Of a stretch of 64,000 nucleotides of DNA, positions 1-7,935 are shown one piece after another. How positions within the stretch are numbered: the first letter of the stretch is position 1; every line of letters begins with the position of its first letter. This DNA comes from Bacillota bacterium (GTDB lineage: Bacteria > Bacillota > Sulfobacillia > UBA995 > UBA9673), in contig QZJP01000012.1 of the NCBI GenBank assembly GCA_003599345.1, forward strand, positions 16,507 through 80,506, given 5' to 3'. The notes under the pieces were generated by a model. That model did not search any database, had not been told where the DNA came from, and saw nothing but the letters and a program-made list of their open reading frames with translations. Both the position numbers and the translations under genes were made by a program.

Positions 1-113
1 GACACGTGCCGGCAGACCGACCAGGCCTTGCCCGCTATCCTCGAGGGCCTGGCGGCCAAAGGCGTCAAGGTCGTCACGGTCGGCGAGCTCCTCGAGGGTG
101 CCGGCACGGACTA
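1..113 (+). CDS. 3' end of a polysaccharide deacetylase-family gene that starts upstream of the window (YlxY-like position)
   Basis: Frame 1 translates to ...DTCRQTDQALPAILEGLAAKGVKVVTVGELLEGAGTD*, a typical NodB/polysaccharide-deacetylase C-terminus (…KGYKFVTVSELL…). Convergent with dacB, and at the position ylxY occupies next to pnp/mlpA in Bacillus. Confidence 0.45.
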
Positions 114-181
114 GCTGACTTCGGTAACTCCCCCCTAGTCGACGGGGTGCGGCAAGCGCAACTGGCCGCACCCCGCTTTGT

Positions 182-260
182 CCGGTGGACATCTCCGGTG
201 GACATCTCCGGTGGACGTCTCCGGTGGACGTCTCCGGTGGACGTATCCGGACGTCTCCCT
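182..260. repeat. 13-bp tandem direct repeat, about 6 units (CCGGTGGACATCT / CCGGTGGACGTCT variants)
   Basis: Read directly: ccggtggacatct ccggtggacatct ccggtggacgtct ccggtggacgtct ccggtggacgtat ccgg-acgtctcc. It lies in the convergent gap between the deacetylase 3' end and the dacB 3' end. The six-frame ORFs across it (VDISGG repeats) are artefacts. Confidence 0.85.
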
Positions 261-377
261 GGTACCTCGGCATTCTCATCACGCCCCGCCTAGCCCCCGG
301 ATCACCGGGCGGGGAGAGCCTGGTCCGAGGCAGGCTCGGCCGTGCGCCCGCCGCGAACCGCTACCCGCGGCCCCTCG

Positions 378-1646
378 TCACCCTATCCCCAACCTGGACA
401 AGACCCGGAGCACCTCGAGAAGCCCCTTGAGGAGCGCCCGCTCGGGTGTCCACACGGGCACGTCGTCCGCCGCCACGAGGTTGACCGCTCGGACGACTCC
501 GTCGCCGAGGACCGCCTCGGCCCAACCGACGACCTGACCTCGCCTGAGAGGGGCTTTGACCGGCTCGACAAGGTGCACCTCGAACCCGAGCGAGTCCGCG
601 GTCCAGGACGGGACCGCGACCCAGAACTCCTCCTCGGGTGCCAGGTGCACCCGGCGCTCCAGGCCCCCGCTTACTCCCACCGTCGCCAGCGGCCGCCCCG
701 CTCGGGCGATGCGTACGGTGGCGAAGTTGTCGAAGCCCCACTCCAGGAGTTCCGCGGTGTCGGCGTAGCGGTCCGCGGACGCGAGGACCACGGACACTAG
801 TCGCCGGCCATTCCTCGTGGCCGAGGCTACCAGACACTTGCCGGCCGCGTCGGTTGTGCCCGTCTTGACGCCCTCGGCCCCGGAAAACGTCCAGAGGAGG
901 CGATTGGTGTTCGAGAGCCGCATCAGGCCTTCATCCCCGCCGTCCAGTTCGAGGGTGGCCTCGCGGGTCCGCACGATGGTCTCGAAAGCCGGTAGGGTGA
1001 GCGCATACCTCGCCATCAGGGCGAGATCGAACCCTGTGGTGTAGTGGTTCCTTACACTGATTCCGTGGGGGTTCCTGAAGTGTGTCTTCCTGCAGCCCAA
1101 CTGCGCTGCCCGCCGGTTCATCATCTCGACAAAGGCCCGCTCGGAACCGGCGATGTGCTCCGCCACCGCCACACACCCATTGTTGGCCGAACGAAGAAGT
1201 ATCCCCCACAGGAGTTCGCCTACGGTCAGTTCCTGACCCGGTTCGAGTGGCATGTGGGAGCCGGGTGTCCAGGCGGCGTACTGGCTGACCTTGACCTTCT
1301 CGTTGAGCCTGGCGTTTTCGAGGACGACAATGGCCGCAAGTATCTTGGTCGTACTCGCGGGGGCCCGCGGCCGGTAGGCGTTCTTGGCGTAGAGAACCTG
1401 CCCGGTTCTCCAGTCGAGCAGGATGGCGGCGGCCGCGGTGACCCGCGGGAGCCCCGGCGTTCCGACAGGGACAGAAACGATCGGCGCCGGTTCGGCCCTT
1501 GCCTCAAGCCCGTCGTCGCTCGCGGCGTGGGCTCCGGCCGCAGCGACCGTGCCCGTCACGCCCAGGGCGGCGGCCAGCAACAACACGGCCAGGCGGCAGG
1601 GCCTTCTCGATACGTGGCGGCGAAGTGCGGGACGTCCGCCGGCCAA
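378..1646 (-). CDS. dacB: D-alanyl-D-alanine carboxypeptidase (peptidase S11, PBP5-like) with signal peptide
   Basis: SxxK active-site motif ASTTKILAAIVVLE, typical S11 length, hydrophobic signal peptide, C-terminal PBP5-type domain. Confidence 0.85.
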   Translation of the reverse strand: MAGGRPALRRHVSRRPCRLAVLLLAAALGVTGTVAAAGAHAASDDGLEARAEPAPIVSVPVGTPGLPRVTAAAAILLDWRTGQVLYAKNAYRPRAPASTTKILAAIVVLENARLNEKVKVSQYAAWTPGSHMPLEPGQELTVGELLWGILLRSANNGCVAVAEHIAGSERAFVEMMNRRAAQLGCRKTHFRNPHGISVRNHYTTGFDLALMARYALTLPAFETIVRTREATLELDGGDEGLMRLSNTNRLLWTFSGAEGVKTGTTDAAGKCLVASATRNGRRLVSVVLASADRYADTAELLEWGFDNFATVRIARAGRPLATVGVSGGLERRVHLAPEEEFWVAVPSWTADSLGFEVHLVEPVKAPLRRGQVVGWAEAVLGDGVVRAVNLVAADDVPVWTPERALLKGLLEVLRVLSRLGIG

Positions 1647-1688
1647 AGATACCCCTCCAGCGGGGAGCCACGGCCATCACGGTTCGCT

Positions 1689-2771
1689 CTAGGCTCCTCC
1701 GGCACCCTCCCCCTCACCGGGCGGGTTCCCGGCCTCGAACGTGAGCGTCCGAGGGACGTCCTCGGTCCCGGCAGGACCCAAGGACTGGCCGTTCACGGTC
1801 ATGGCCACGAGGTGAGGCCGGCCGAAGACTATGGACACACGCTCCCGCGCCGTCCATTCACCCTTTGCCCCGGCCTCAAGAGTCTCGACGAACACTACTT
1901 GGCCGTCTACCTTGACCTCGACCCAGCACTTCTCGGCAGTGACCTCAAGACCGATCGTGAAGGGGGCACCATATACTACGTAGCGGGTCAGGTTTCCAGA
2001 CTCGCCGACCAGGGCCCAGCCGGGTGCGGGCTCGCCGTCCCCTGGCTCGCCTGTGCCGGAATCTCCCGGCCCCTGACTGTCTCCGGGCGGTTCGGAGTCG
2101 CCGCCTGATGATGAATCCGAGCCGTTTCCGGGCGGGGGCGTCCCGTCATCCCCGCCTGGGAGCACCCCCGTGTCACCGTCCGCCGGGGACGGCGCCTGGG
2201 TCCAGACATACCAAGCCCCGGCGACCACGACCAGGAGGACAATCACGAGCACCGACACCAGGAGTCGCCCGGCCGCCCCTCGCCGACGTCCCTTGGCGGG
2301 ACGAATCAACGGCTGTCCGGCGCGAGCTTGGGCTGAGAGCCGGACCTCGGCCGCCTCCCGGGCGGGCGCCGGGGTCTCGGACCGGGCCGGGGCTGGGGTC
2401 CCGGACCGGGCCGCGAGCCGGGGGCGCGTCCCGCGCTCCTTCTCGATCTCGGCGGGGCTCGGGACTCGCGGCTCGGGTCCGCGTCGCGCCTGCCGCCTGG
2501 ATGAGCGCCTGGCGGACCCTTGCGAGTCGAGAGCCTGTGCCTCCCGCCGCTGGTTGTAATCCCGCACCAAGGCCGAGCCGTCGAGGCCGAGGAAGTTGCC
2601 GTAGAATCGCAGGAAACCCTTGACGTAGACCTCGCCGGGAATCAGGCCCTCCTCTCCCGACTCGAGGGCCTGGAGGTACCTCCGACGTATCTTCGTCTCA
2701 GCCTGAACCTCCGCCAGGCTCAGGCCGAGTTCCTCCCGCCGCTCCTTCAGCCGGCGGCCGATCTCCTTCAC
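1689..2771 (-). CDS. rodZ: RodZ-like cytoskeletal protein (N-terminal XRE HTH, one TM segment, Pro/Gly-rich linker, C-terminal DUF4115)
   Basis: MKEIGRRLKERREELGLSLAEVQAETKIRRRYLQALE… HTH. TM helix LLVSVLVIVLLVVVAGAW. GTG start at 2769-2771 preceded by AGGAG. Confidence 0.7.
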   Translation of the reverse strand: MKEIGRRLKERREELGLSLAEVQAETKIRRRYLQALESGEEGLIPGEVYVKGFLRFYGNFLGLDGSALVRDYNQRREAQALDSQGSARRSSRRQARRGPEPRVPSPAEIEKERGTRPRLAARSGTPAPARSETPAPAREAAEVRLSAQARAGQPLIRPAKGRRRGAAGRLLVSVLVIVLLVVVAGAWYVWTQAPSPADGDTGVLPGGDDGTPPPGNGSDSSSGGDSEPPGDSQGPGDSGTGEPGDGEPAPGWALVGESGNLTRYVVYGAPFTIGLEVTAEKCWVEVKVDGQVVFVETLEAGAKGEWTARERVSIVFGRPHLVAMTVNGQSLGPAGTEDVPRTLTFEAGNPPGEGEGAGGA

Positions 2772-2911
2772 CTCGGGAGCTCCTTTCGCCGGGTCGCTCT
2801 GACCCGCGCCATCAGGCGCGAAACCGCGCCACGATGCCTGAGAACACGCAATGGTGGCCGGAAGGCTCCCCGAATTGTTCTTGCCCCAGTGAGCCCTCCC
2901 TCCCGTAGGGG

Positions 2912-4225
2912 TCAGGGGTATATTCTGTTAATCATCCGCGGGAATGGTATGGTCTCCCGGAGGTGGTCGAGTCCCGCTATCCACGTGAGAGTCCGCTCTA
3001 TCCCTATTCCGAAGCCGGAGTGGGGCACGGAGCCGTAGCGGCGTAGGTCCAGATACCACCGGTAGGGCTCCTCGGGCAGACCGTGTTCAGCCAGCCTCCT
3101 CTGGAGGAGGTCCAGGTCGTCGATGCGCTGGCCCCCGCCGATGATCTCACCGTACCCCTCGGAAGCCAGAAGGTCGGCTCCAAGGACCACCTCGGGTCGC
3201 GAGGGGTCCGGTTTCATGTAGAAGGCCTTGATGGCCGCGGGGAAGTGCGTGACGAAGACCGGCCTGTCGAACCGTAGAGATATGGCTGTCTCGTGAGGCG
3301 CCCCGAAGTCGTCGCCCCACTCGATTCCGATACCTTTCTCCTTGAGGAAGGCCACGGCTTCGTCGTAGGTGATGCGGGGGAACGGCGCCGCGACGTTTCG
3401 GAGCGGCCCGGTGTCCCGGCCGAGCACTTTCAGTTCCTCGGCCCGGTTCTCGAGGAGCCAGGCTACCATGTAGCTGACCATGTCCTCCTGAATCCTCATG
3501 TTCTCCTCGAAATCGACAAACGCCGCCTCAGGTTCGAGCATCCAGAACTCGGTGAGATGCCGCCTGGTCTTTGACTTCTCCGCCCGGAAGGTCGGTCCGA
3601 AGCAGTAGGTCCTGCCAAGGGCCATGGCCGTGGCTTCCTGGTAGAGCTGGCCGCTCTGGCTCAGGTACGCCGGTTCGCCGAAGTAGTCGGTCTGGAATAG
3701 CGTGGTGGTTCCCTCGCACGCCGACGGCGTCAGAATGGGGGAGTCCATCACTACGAAGCCACGGTCGTCCAGAAAGTCGCGAAGGGCCTTGATGAGCCCG
3801 GCCCTGAGTCGCATGAGGGCCACCTGTCTCGGGGTTCTCAGCCAGAGGTGCCGGTGGTCGAGCAGGAATTCCGGGCCATGTTCCTTCAGCGCGATTGGGT
3901 AGTCGTGTGACGGCGAGATGATCTCGACTTCCGTGGCCGATATCTCGAAGCCGCCAGGGGCCCTCGAGTCCTGCCGGACCGCCCCCACCACCGAAACGGC
4001 CGACTCCTGGCTGAGCCCGACCACTTGCTCGAAGACAGCGTCGCCGACCGCGCCGACGGTAATCACGACCTGAGTGAAGCCGGTGCCGTCGCGCAGGATC
4101 ACGAAGGCGATCTTACCGCTCGACCTCAGGTTGTAGACCCAGCCCCGCAGCCGAACCGTCTCACCCGCGTGGCGCCCGAGGTCGGATATCGTGACGAGCG
4201 GCGGCTCTTGCGAAGCCATAACCAA
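2912..4225 (-). CDS. asnS: Class IIb aminoacyl-tRNA synthetase, asparaginyl-tRNA synthetase or archaeal-type AspRS2
   Basis: N-terminal OB anticodon-binding domain ([24 protein letters not shown]). Class II motifs ([37 protein letters not shown]). The 437-aa length fits AsnRS or AspRS type 2. The two cannot be separated by eye. Confidence 0.7.
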   Translation of the reverse strand: MVMASQEPPLVTISDLGRHAGETVRLRGWVYNLRSSGKIAFVILRDGTGFTQVVITVGAVGDAVFEQVVGLSQESAVSVVGAVRQDSRAPGGFEISATEVEIISPSHDYPIALKEHGPEFLLDHRHLWLRTPRQVALMRLRAGLIKALRDFLDDRGFVVMDSPILTPSACEGTTTLFQTDYFGEPAYLSQSGQLYQEATAMALGRTYCFGPTFRAEKSKTRRHLTEFWMLEPEAAFVDFEENMRIQEDMVSYMVAWLLENRAEELKVLGRDTGPLRNVAAPFPRITYDEAVAFLKEKGIGIEWGDDFGAPHETAISLRFDRPVFVTHFPAAIKAFYMKPDPSRPEVVLGADLLASEGYGEIIGGGQRIDDLDLLQRRLAEHGLPEEPYRWYLDLRRYGSVPHSGFGIGIERTLTWIAGLDHLRETIPFPRMINRIYP

Positions 4226-4260
4226 GGTCCCCTTCCGTCATCCAGGTCGAGATTGTCAGG

Positions 4261-7011
4261 CTACTGCGTGCCCGAGACTCGCTCCAGCTGGTCGAGGATC
4301 TCGCCGAGTTGTCTTAGGTAGTCCCCGTAGGCCGCCCAGTCGCCCCGCGAAGCGGCCTCCGTGGCCTGCTCATAAAGCTGGTTCGCCTGTCGGGCCAGTT
4401 CGGCGACGGTCGTTCCGGCCGGCGGCTGACCCGGTGTGGCCCCGCCGGTCCCCGGACCAGTGGTCCCTGCCCCCGCGCCGAAAATGGCTTCGAGGGACCT
4501 GCTGAGACTCTCCGTCATGACGACGCGCTCCCCGTAGGCCACGATGACCCGCTTGAGCTCGGGCAGCTTGTTGCCTGACGCCTGAAGATAGAGCGGTTCG
4601 ACGTATAGAACCGAATTCCGTATCGGTATGACCAGGAGCGTGCCGCGGATGACGTTGGAGCCTGCCTGGCTCCACAAGGTCAGGTTCTGGGAGATGACCG
4701 TGTCCTGGTCTATCCTCGCCTCCACCTGCATTGGCCCGTAGACAAGCTGCTGCTTGGGAAACTTGAAGACGAATAGCTCGCCGTAGTTCTCACCGTCCGA
4801 CCGGGCGGCCATCCAGGCGATCATGTTCGACTTGTCCTTGGGGCTGAAGGGGAGCATCTGCACGAGCTCCTCCCTTTCAGCGCCCGGGAGACGGATGATC
4901 ATGTAGTGAGGCTCCACCCTCTGGCCTTCATAGAGGTCTCGCGACGTCGGGCGCTCAGCGTCGGCGTAGTGCTGGAGCGGGCGCTCGTAGAGGTCCTCAC
5001 GGTTGTAGAAGACCTGGGCGTCCTGCATGTGGTAGGTCGAGTACATGTAGGACTGGATTGAGAAGAGGTCCTCAGGGTAGCGGACGTGCTGAAGCATGTC
5101 CGCCGGCATCTCGCTCTTGGGCTTGAACAGGTCCGGGAATATCTTGACCAGGGTCTGGGCGATCGGGTCCTCGGCATCCCAGAGGTAGTAGTTGACTTCT
5201 CCGCTATACGCGTCTATCGAGATCTTCACGGAATTCCGGATGTAGTTCATGCCCATGGGGCTTAGCTCCGAATACGGGTAGAGCCGCGAGGTCGTGTAGG
5301 CGTCCTGGATGTAGAACAGGCGCCCGTCGTCTCCAATCACGATATAGGGGTCGCTGTCGTAGAACAGGAACGGCGCCAGCCGCCTGACGAGCTGGTGGAT
5401 GTTGCGGTAGATCATGACCCGGCTCTCCGGGGTGATGGAGTTGGCCAGGAAGGTCTGATAGGAGCCGAGCCGGACGGCGAAAGCCGCCCTGATTATCGGG
5501 TTGGACAACTGGATACCGCCCGGGCCGGCGTACTTGGTGTACTTGTTCTGATCTCCTACCGGGTAGTCGAACTCCTCCGCCGTCGTGTTGACGATGGCGT
5601 AGGTATCGGTGAGTTCCCCGAAGTATATCTCCGGCCGGGTCACAGTCAGTTCCGGCACCGACGCCGACGGCGGGATGTCCCTGACCCAGAAGGACGGCAT
5701 ACCTTCCGAAGTAACCATCGTCGTGGGGCTGACGACTACGCCGTAGCCGTGCGTGAACTTGAGGTGCTCGTTCATCCACGTCTTTGCCTCGTCCGGGAGG
5801 AGCGCGTGGTTGAGCTCCCGGGCGGCTATGGTGACCTGCCTGTAGCGACCATTCACCGTGTAGCGGTCAAGGTCGACGTCGGCGAAGTCGTAATAGAGAC
5901 GGATTGCCTGCAACTGCCCGTAGCTGTCCTTAAGTGGCCGCCAGTCCCACAGGCGGATGTTCTCCAGGGTCGCCGTCTCCTCGCGAAGGTCCGCGAGACT
6001 GAGGCTATTCGTCCCGGAGAACTCCCGCTCCACGACGTCAGTCAGGTCGAAGGCGGCTCTGGTGAAGGCGATGTTGTGCATGATGTACGGTGTCTCTTTG
6101 TTGATCTCGTCAGGCTCGACGGTGAACTGCTGTACGAAGGCCGGGTAGGCCGTGCCAACAACGAACGAGGCCACAAGAAGGAACCCGAGTCCGTAGACCA
6201 CGAGACCGAGACGCCTTCTCACCCCGGCCACGACGACCAGGGCGGCGACCAGGGCGGCCAGGACTAGGAGGATTCTCAGGGCCGGGAGCTGCGCATGGAT
6301 GTCCGTGTAGCTCGCCCCGAAGGCCACGCCGCGAGGCGAGTAGAGAAGGGAGTACTGGGCGAGGTAGTAGCCGGCTCCCTTGAGCAGGAGGATGCCCGCC
6401 CCCAAGACCGCGAGATGCCGGGCGGCCCAACTCGATATCCGGGGCCTGCGCCCGACGAAGTCGACACCTCGGTTGGAAAGATAGTACAAGGCCACGGCTA
6501 CGAGGGTGGCGACCAGGACGAGCATCACCCCATGCCGCAGGGCCTGCCAGAGCGGGAGGTTGAAGATGTAAAAGCCGACGTCCCGGCCGAAGAAGGGGTC
6601 GGCCTGGCCGAACGGGGTCGCGTTGAGAAAACGTAAGACGACCATCCAGTTGGCCGCGGCTCCGTTCGCTGCCATGACGGCGATTATCCCCGCGCCGATG
6701 ATGGTCACCAGGGACACGGTCCGGGGATGGACGTGGAACTCGGCGCTATCGTCCCCGGTGTAGATATCCAGGGGCTGGGGCGGACCTTCCCGGCGCGCCA
6801 GCCTCAGGTTCGCCGCGACGAACAGGAACGTGATGATTCCCGCGACGATCGGCACGAGCGATCTCGCCAGTATCGTCGTGAAGAACACGCTCTCGTAGCC
6901 CAGGCTGGCGAACCACAGGTAGTCGGTGAAGACGAACGACCCGTAGTAGCCCAGGGCGACCAGGGCCACGAGAAAGAGCAGTATGTTCCTCGGACTCAGG
7001 ACTCGTCTCAC
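4261..7011 (-). CDS. UPF0182-family large integral membrane protein (N-terminal multi-TM region plus large extracytoplasmic domain)
   Basis: The six-frame ORF runs to 7230, but the conserved TM N-terminus starts at VRRVLSPRNILLFLVALVAL. GTG at 7009-7011 is preceded by GGAGGT about 9 nt upstream. Starting at 7230 would overlap the upstream LysE-family gene by 100 nt. Architecture typical of UPF0182. Confidence 0.7.
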   Translation of the reverse strand: MRRVLSPRNILLFLVALVALGYYGSFVFTDYLWFASLGYESVFFTTILARSLVPIVAGIITFLFVAANLRLARREGPPQPLDIYTGDDSAEFHVHPRTVSLVTIIGAGIIAVMAANGAAANWMVVLRFLNATPFGQADPFFGRDVGFYIFNLPLWQALRHGVMLVLVATLVAVALYYLSNRGVDFVGRRPRISSWAARHLAVLGAGILLLKGAGYYLAQYSLLYSPRGVAFGASYTDIHAQLPALRILLVLAALVAALVVVAGVRRRLGLVVYGLGFLLVASFVVGTAYPAFVQQFTVEPDEINKETPYIMHNIAFTRAAFDLTDVVEREFSGTNSLSLADLREETATLENIRLWDWRPLKDSYGQLQAIRLYYDFADVDLDRYTVNGRYRQVTIAARELNHALLPDEAKTWMNEHLKFTHGYGVVVSPTTMVTSEGMPSFWVRDIPPSASVPELTVTRPEIYFGELTDTYAIVNTTAEEFDYPVGDQNKYTKYAGPGGIQLSNPIIRAAFAVRLGSYQTFLANSITPESRVMIYRNIHQLVRRLAPFLFYDSDPYIVIGDDGRLFYIQDAYTTSRLYPYSELSPMGMNYIRNSVKISIDAYSGEVNYYLWDAEDPIAQTLVKIFPDLFKPKSEMPADMLQHVRYPEDLFSIQSYMYSTYHMQDAQVFYNREDLYERPLQHYADAERPTSRDLYEGQRVEPHYMIIRLPGAEREELVQMLPFSPKDKSNMIAWMAARSDGENYGELFVFKFPKQQLVYGPMQVEARIDQDTVISQNLTLWSQAGSNVIRGTLLVIPIRNSVLYVEPLYLQASGNKLPELKRVIVAYGERVVMTESLSRSLEAIFGAGAGTTGPGTGGATPGQPPAGTTVAELARQANQLYEQATEAASRGDWAAYGDYLRQLGEILDQLERVSGTQ

Positions 7012-7129
7012 GGTCCGTGCACCTCCGGGGTCATGTGATGGCGACGGGATTGGGGAACGCGAGCGGGGCCGCGGCCTACCGCGGTCCCGCGGGCGACTAC
7101 TCCCTTCGTCGCGGCCCGGCCGGGTCCTC

Positions 7130-7834
7130 TCACACCAATGCCGCCAGGGCGACCAGTCCCCGCGTGGCAAAGAGCGCTCCCAGGCCGGCCAGCCCGAACC
7201 CGCAGGCGCCGACGAGGATGCGGTAGCCACGGGTGGTGAGGAGCCGACGGCCGCCCGCTACCGCGGCCGCCACGGCTGAGTACCAGACGAAGTCGGCGGA
7301 TATGTGCCCGAGGTAGAAGGCCCCCGTCCCGGCCGCGCCCAGCGGGGCCGCGAGCGTCATGTAGGACAGGCCGACTGTCGCCCACCAGACCATCCAGTAG
7401 GGGCCGCTGACCGTGGCCGCCATGCCGGTGACCACGTCGGCCCCGCTCTCCCTGGGGTCCCACCGCCTGTCCCCCCGAGCCGGCCCTGCTTGCTGGTCCT
7501 TTCCACCGGCTCCAGTATGTTCCCCGGTAGGAAGGCTAATGTTTCCCCGAACGGCGGACCTCGCCGTCCCGTAACCCATCCAGACGAGGACGAGGCCCCC
7601 CACGAGGCTGATTCCGGCTGGAACCTCCGGCCGCGAGAGCAGGACGCCGACTCCCAGGGTCAGAGCGAGGACGGCTCCGAGTTCAAGCAGGGCATGACCT
7701 ACCGTCACCAGCGAGCCGCCGCGGAAACCATTCCTGGCCGTGCGAGTGACGCAGGCCAAGAACAGAGGTCCGGGAGTGACGGCTCCGGAGAAGCCTATGA
7801 CCAGCGACGTGAGGAACAGGGCACCGAGGGTCAT
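7130..7834 (-). CDS. LysE/RhtB-family amino-acid exporter
   Basis: About 210-230 aa, six predicted TM segments, N-terminal motif typical of the LysE translocator family. Confidence 0.65.
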   Translation of the reverse strand: MTLGALFLTSLVIGFSGAVTPGPLFLACVTRTARNGFRGGSLVTVGHALLELGAVLALTLGVGVLLSRPEVPAGISLVGGLVLVWMGYGTARSAVRGNISLPTGEHTGAGGKDQQAGPARGDRRWDPRESGADVVTGMAATVSGPYWMVWWATVGLSYMTLAAPLGAAGTGAFYLGHISADFVWYSAVAAAVAGGRRLLTTRGYRILVGACGFGLAGLGALFATRGLVALAALV

Positions 7835-7935
7835 GGCCGGGGGACTTCGCGTACTGCCGGGCTAGGTCCTCCACCGGGAGCGCGCGGAACAGCGCCTAGT
7901 GGCCTGGGCGGGACTTCGACGGTCCCGCGGGACCG

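Noticed and set aside
182-260. Possible CRISPR array
   Set aside because: Units are 13 bp and directly abutting with no spacers, and there are no cas genes nearby. It is a simple tandem repeat.
1021-1075. tRNA-like D-arm or T-arm motifs (gtggtgtagtggtt…, gatcgaaccc)
   Set aside because: They lie inside the dacB coding frame, which translates into conserved S11 carboxypeptidase sequence. No cloverleaf can be completed. Coincidental.
1044-2108. Long plus-strand ORFs: 1044-2108, 5395-6267, 8116-8769, 9349-10470, 14331-14933, 24910-25665, 26826-27524, 31896-32885, 32137-33099, 33540-34496, 48354-49649, 56157-57263, 58252-59763, 60780-61646
   Set aside because: Each is antisense to a minus-strand gene with unmistakable homology (dacB/rodZ, UPF0182, ftsK, rnj, nfo/pnp, infB, rpsB/tsf, dprA, the ABC exporter). 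Their translations are low-complexity Arg/Pro/Gly-rich, typical of stop-poor high-GC DNA.
7008-7463. 151-aa minus ORF, and the 73-codon upstream extension of the UPF0182 gene to 7230
   Set aside because: The extension and the overlapping ORF are Arg/Pro-rich, overlap the 3' end of the LysE-family gene, and precede a GTG with good SD at the conserved TM N-terminus (7011).
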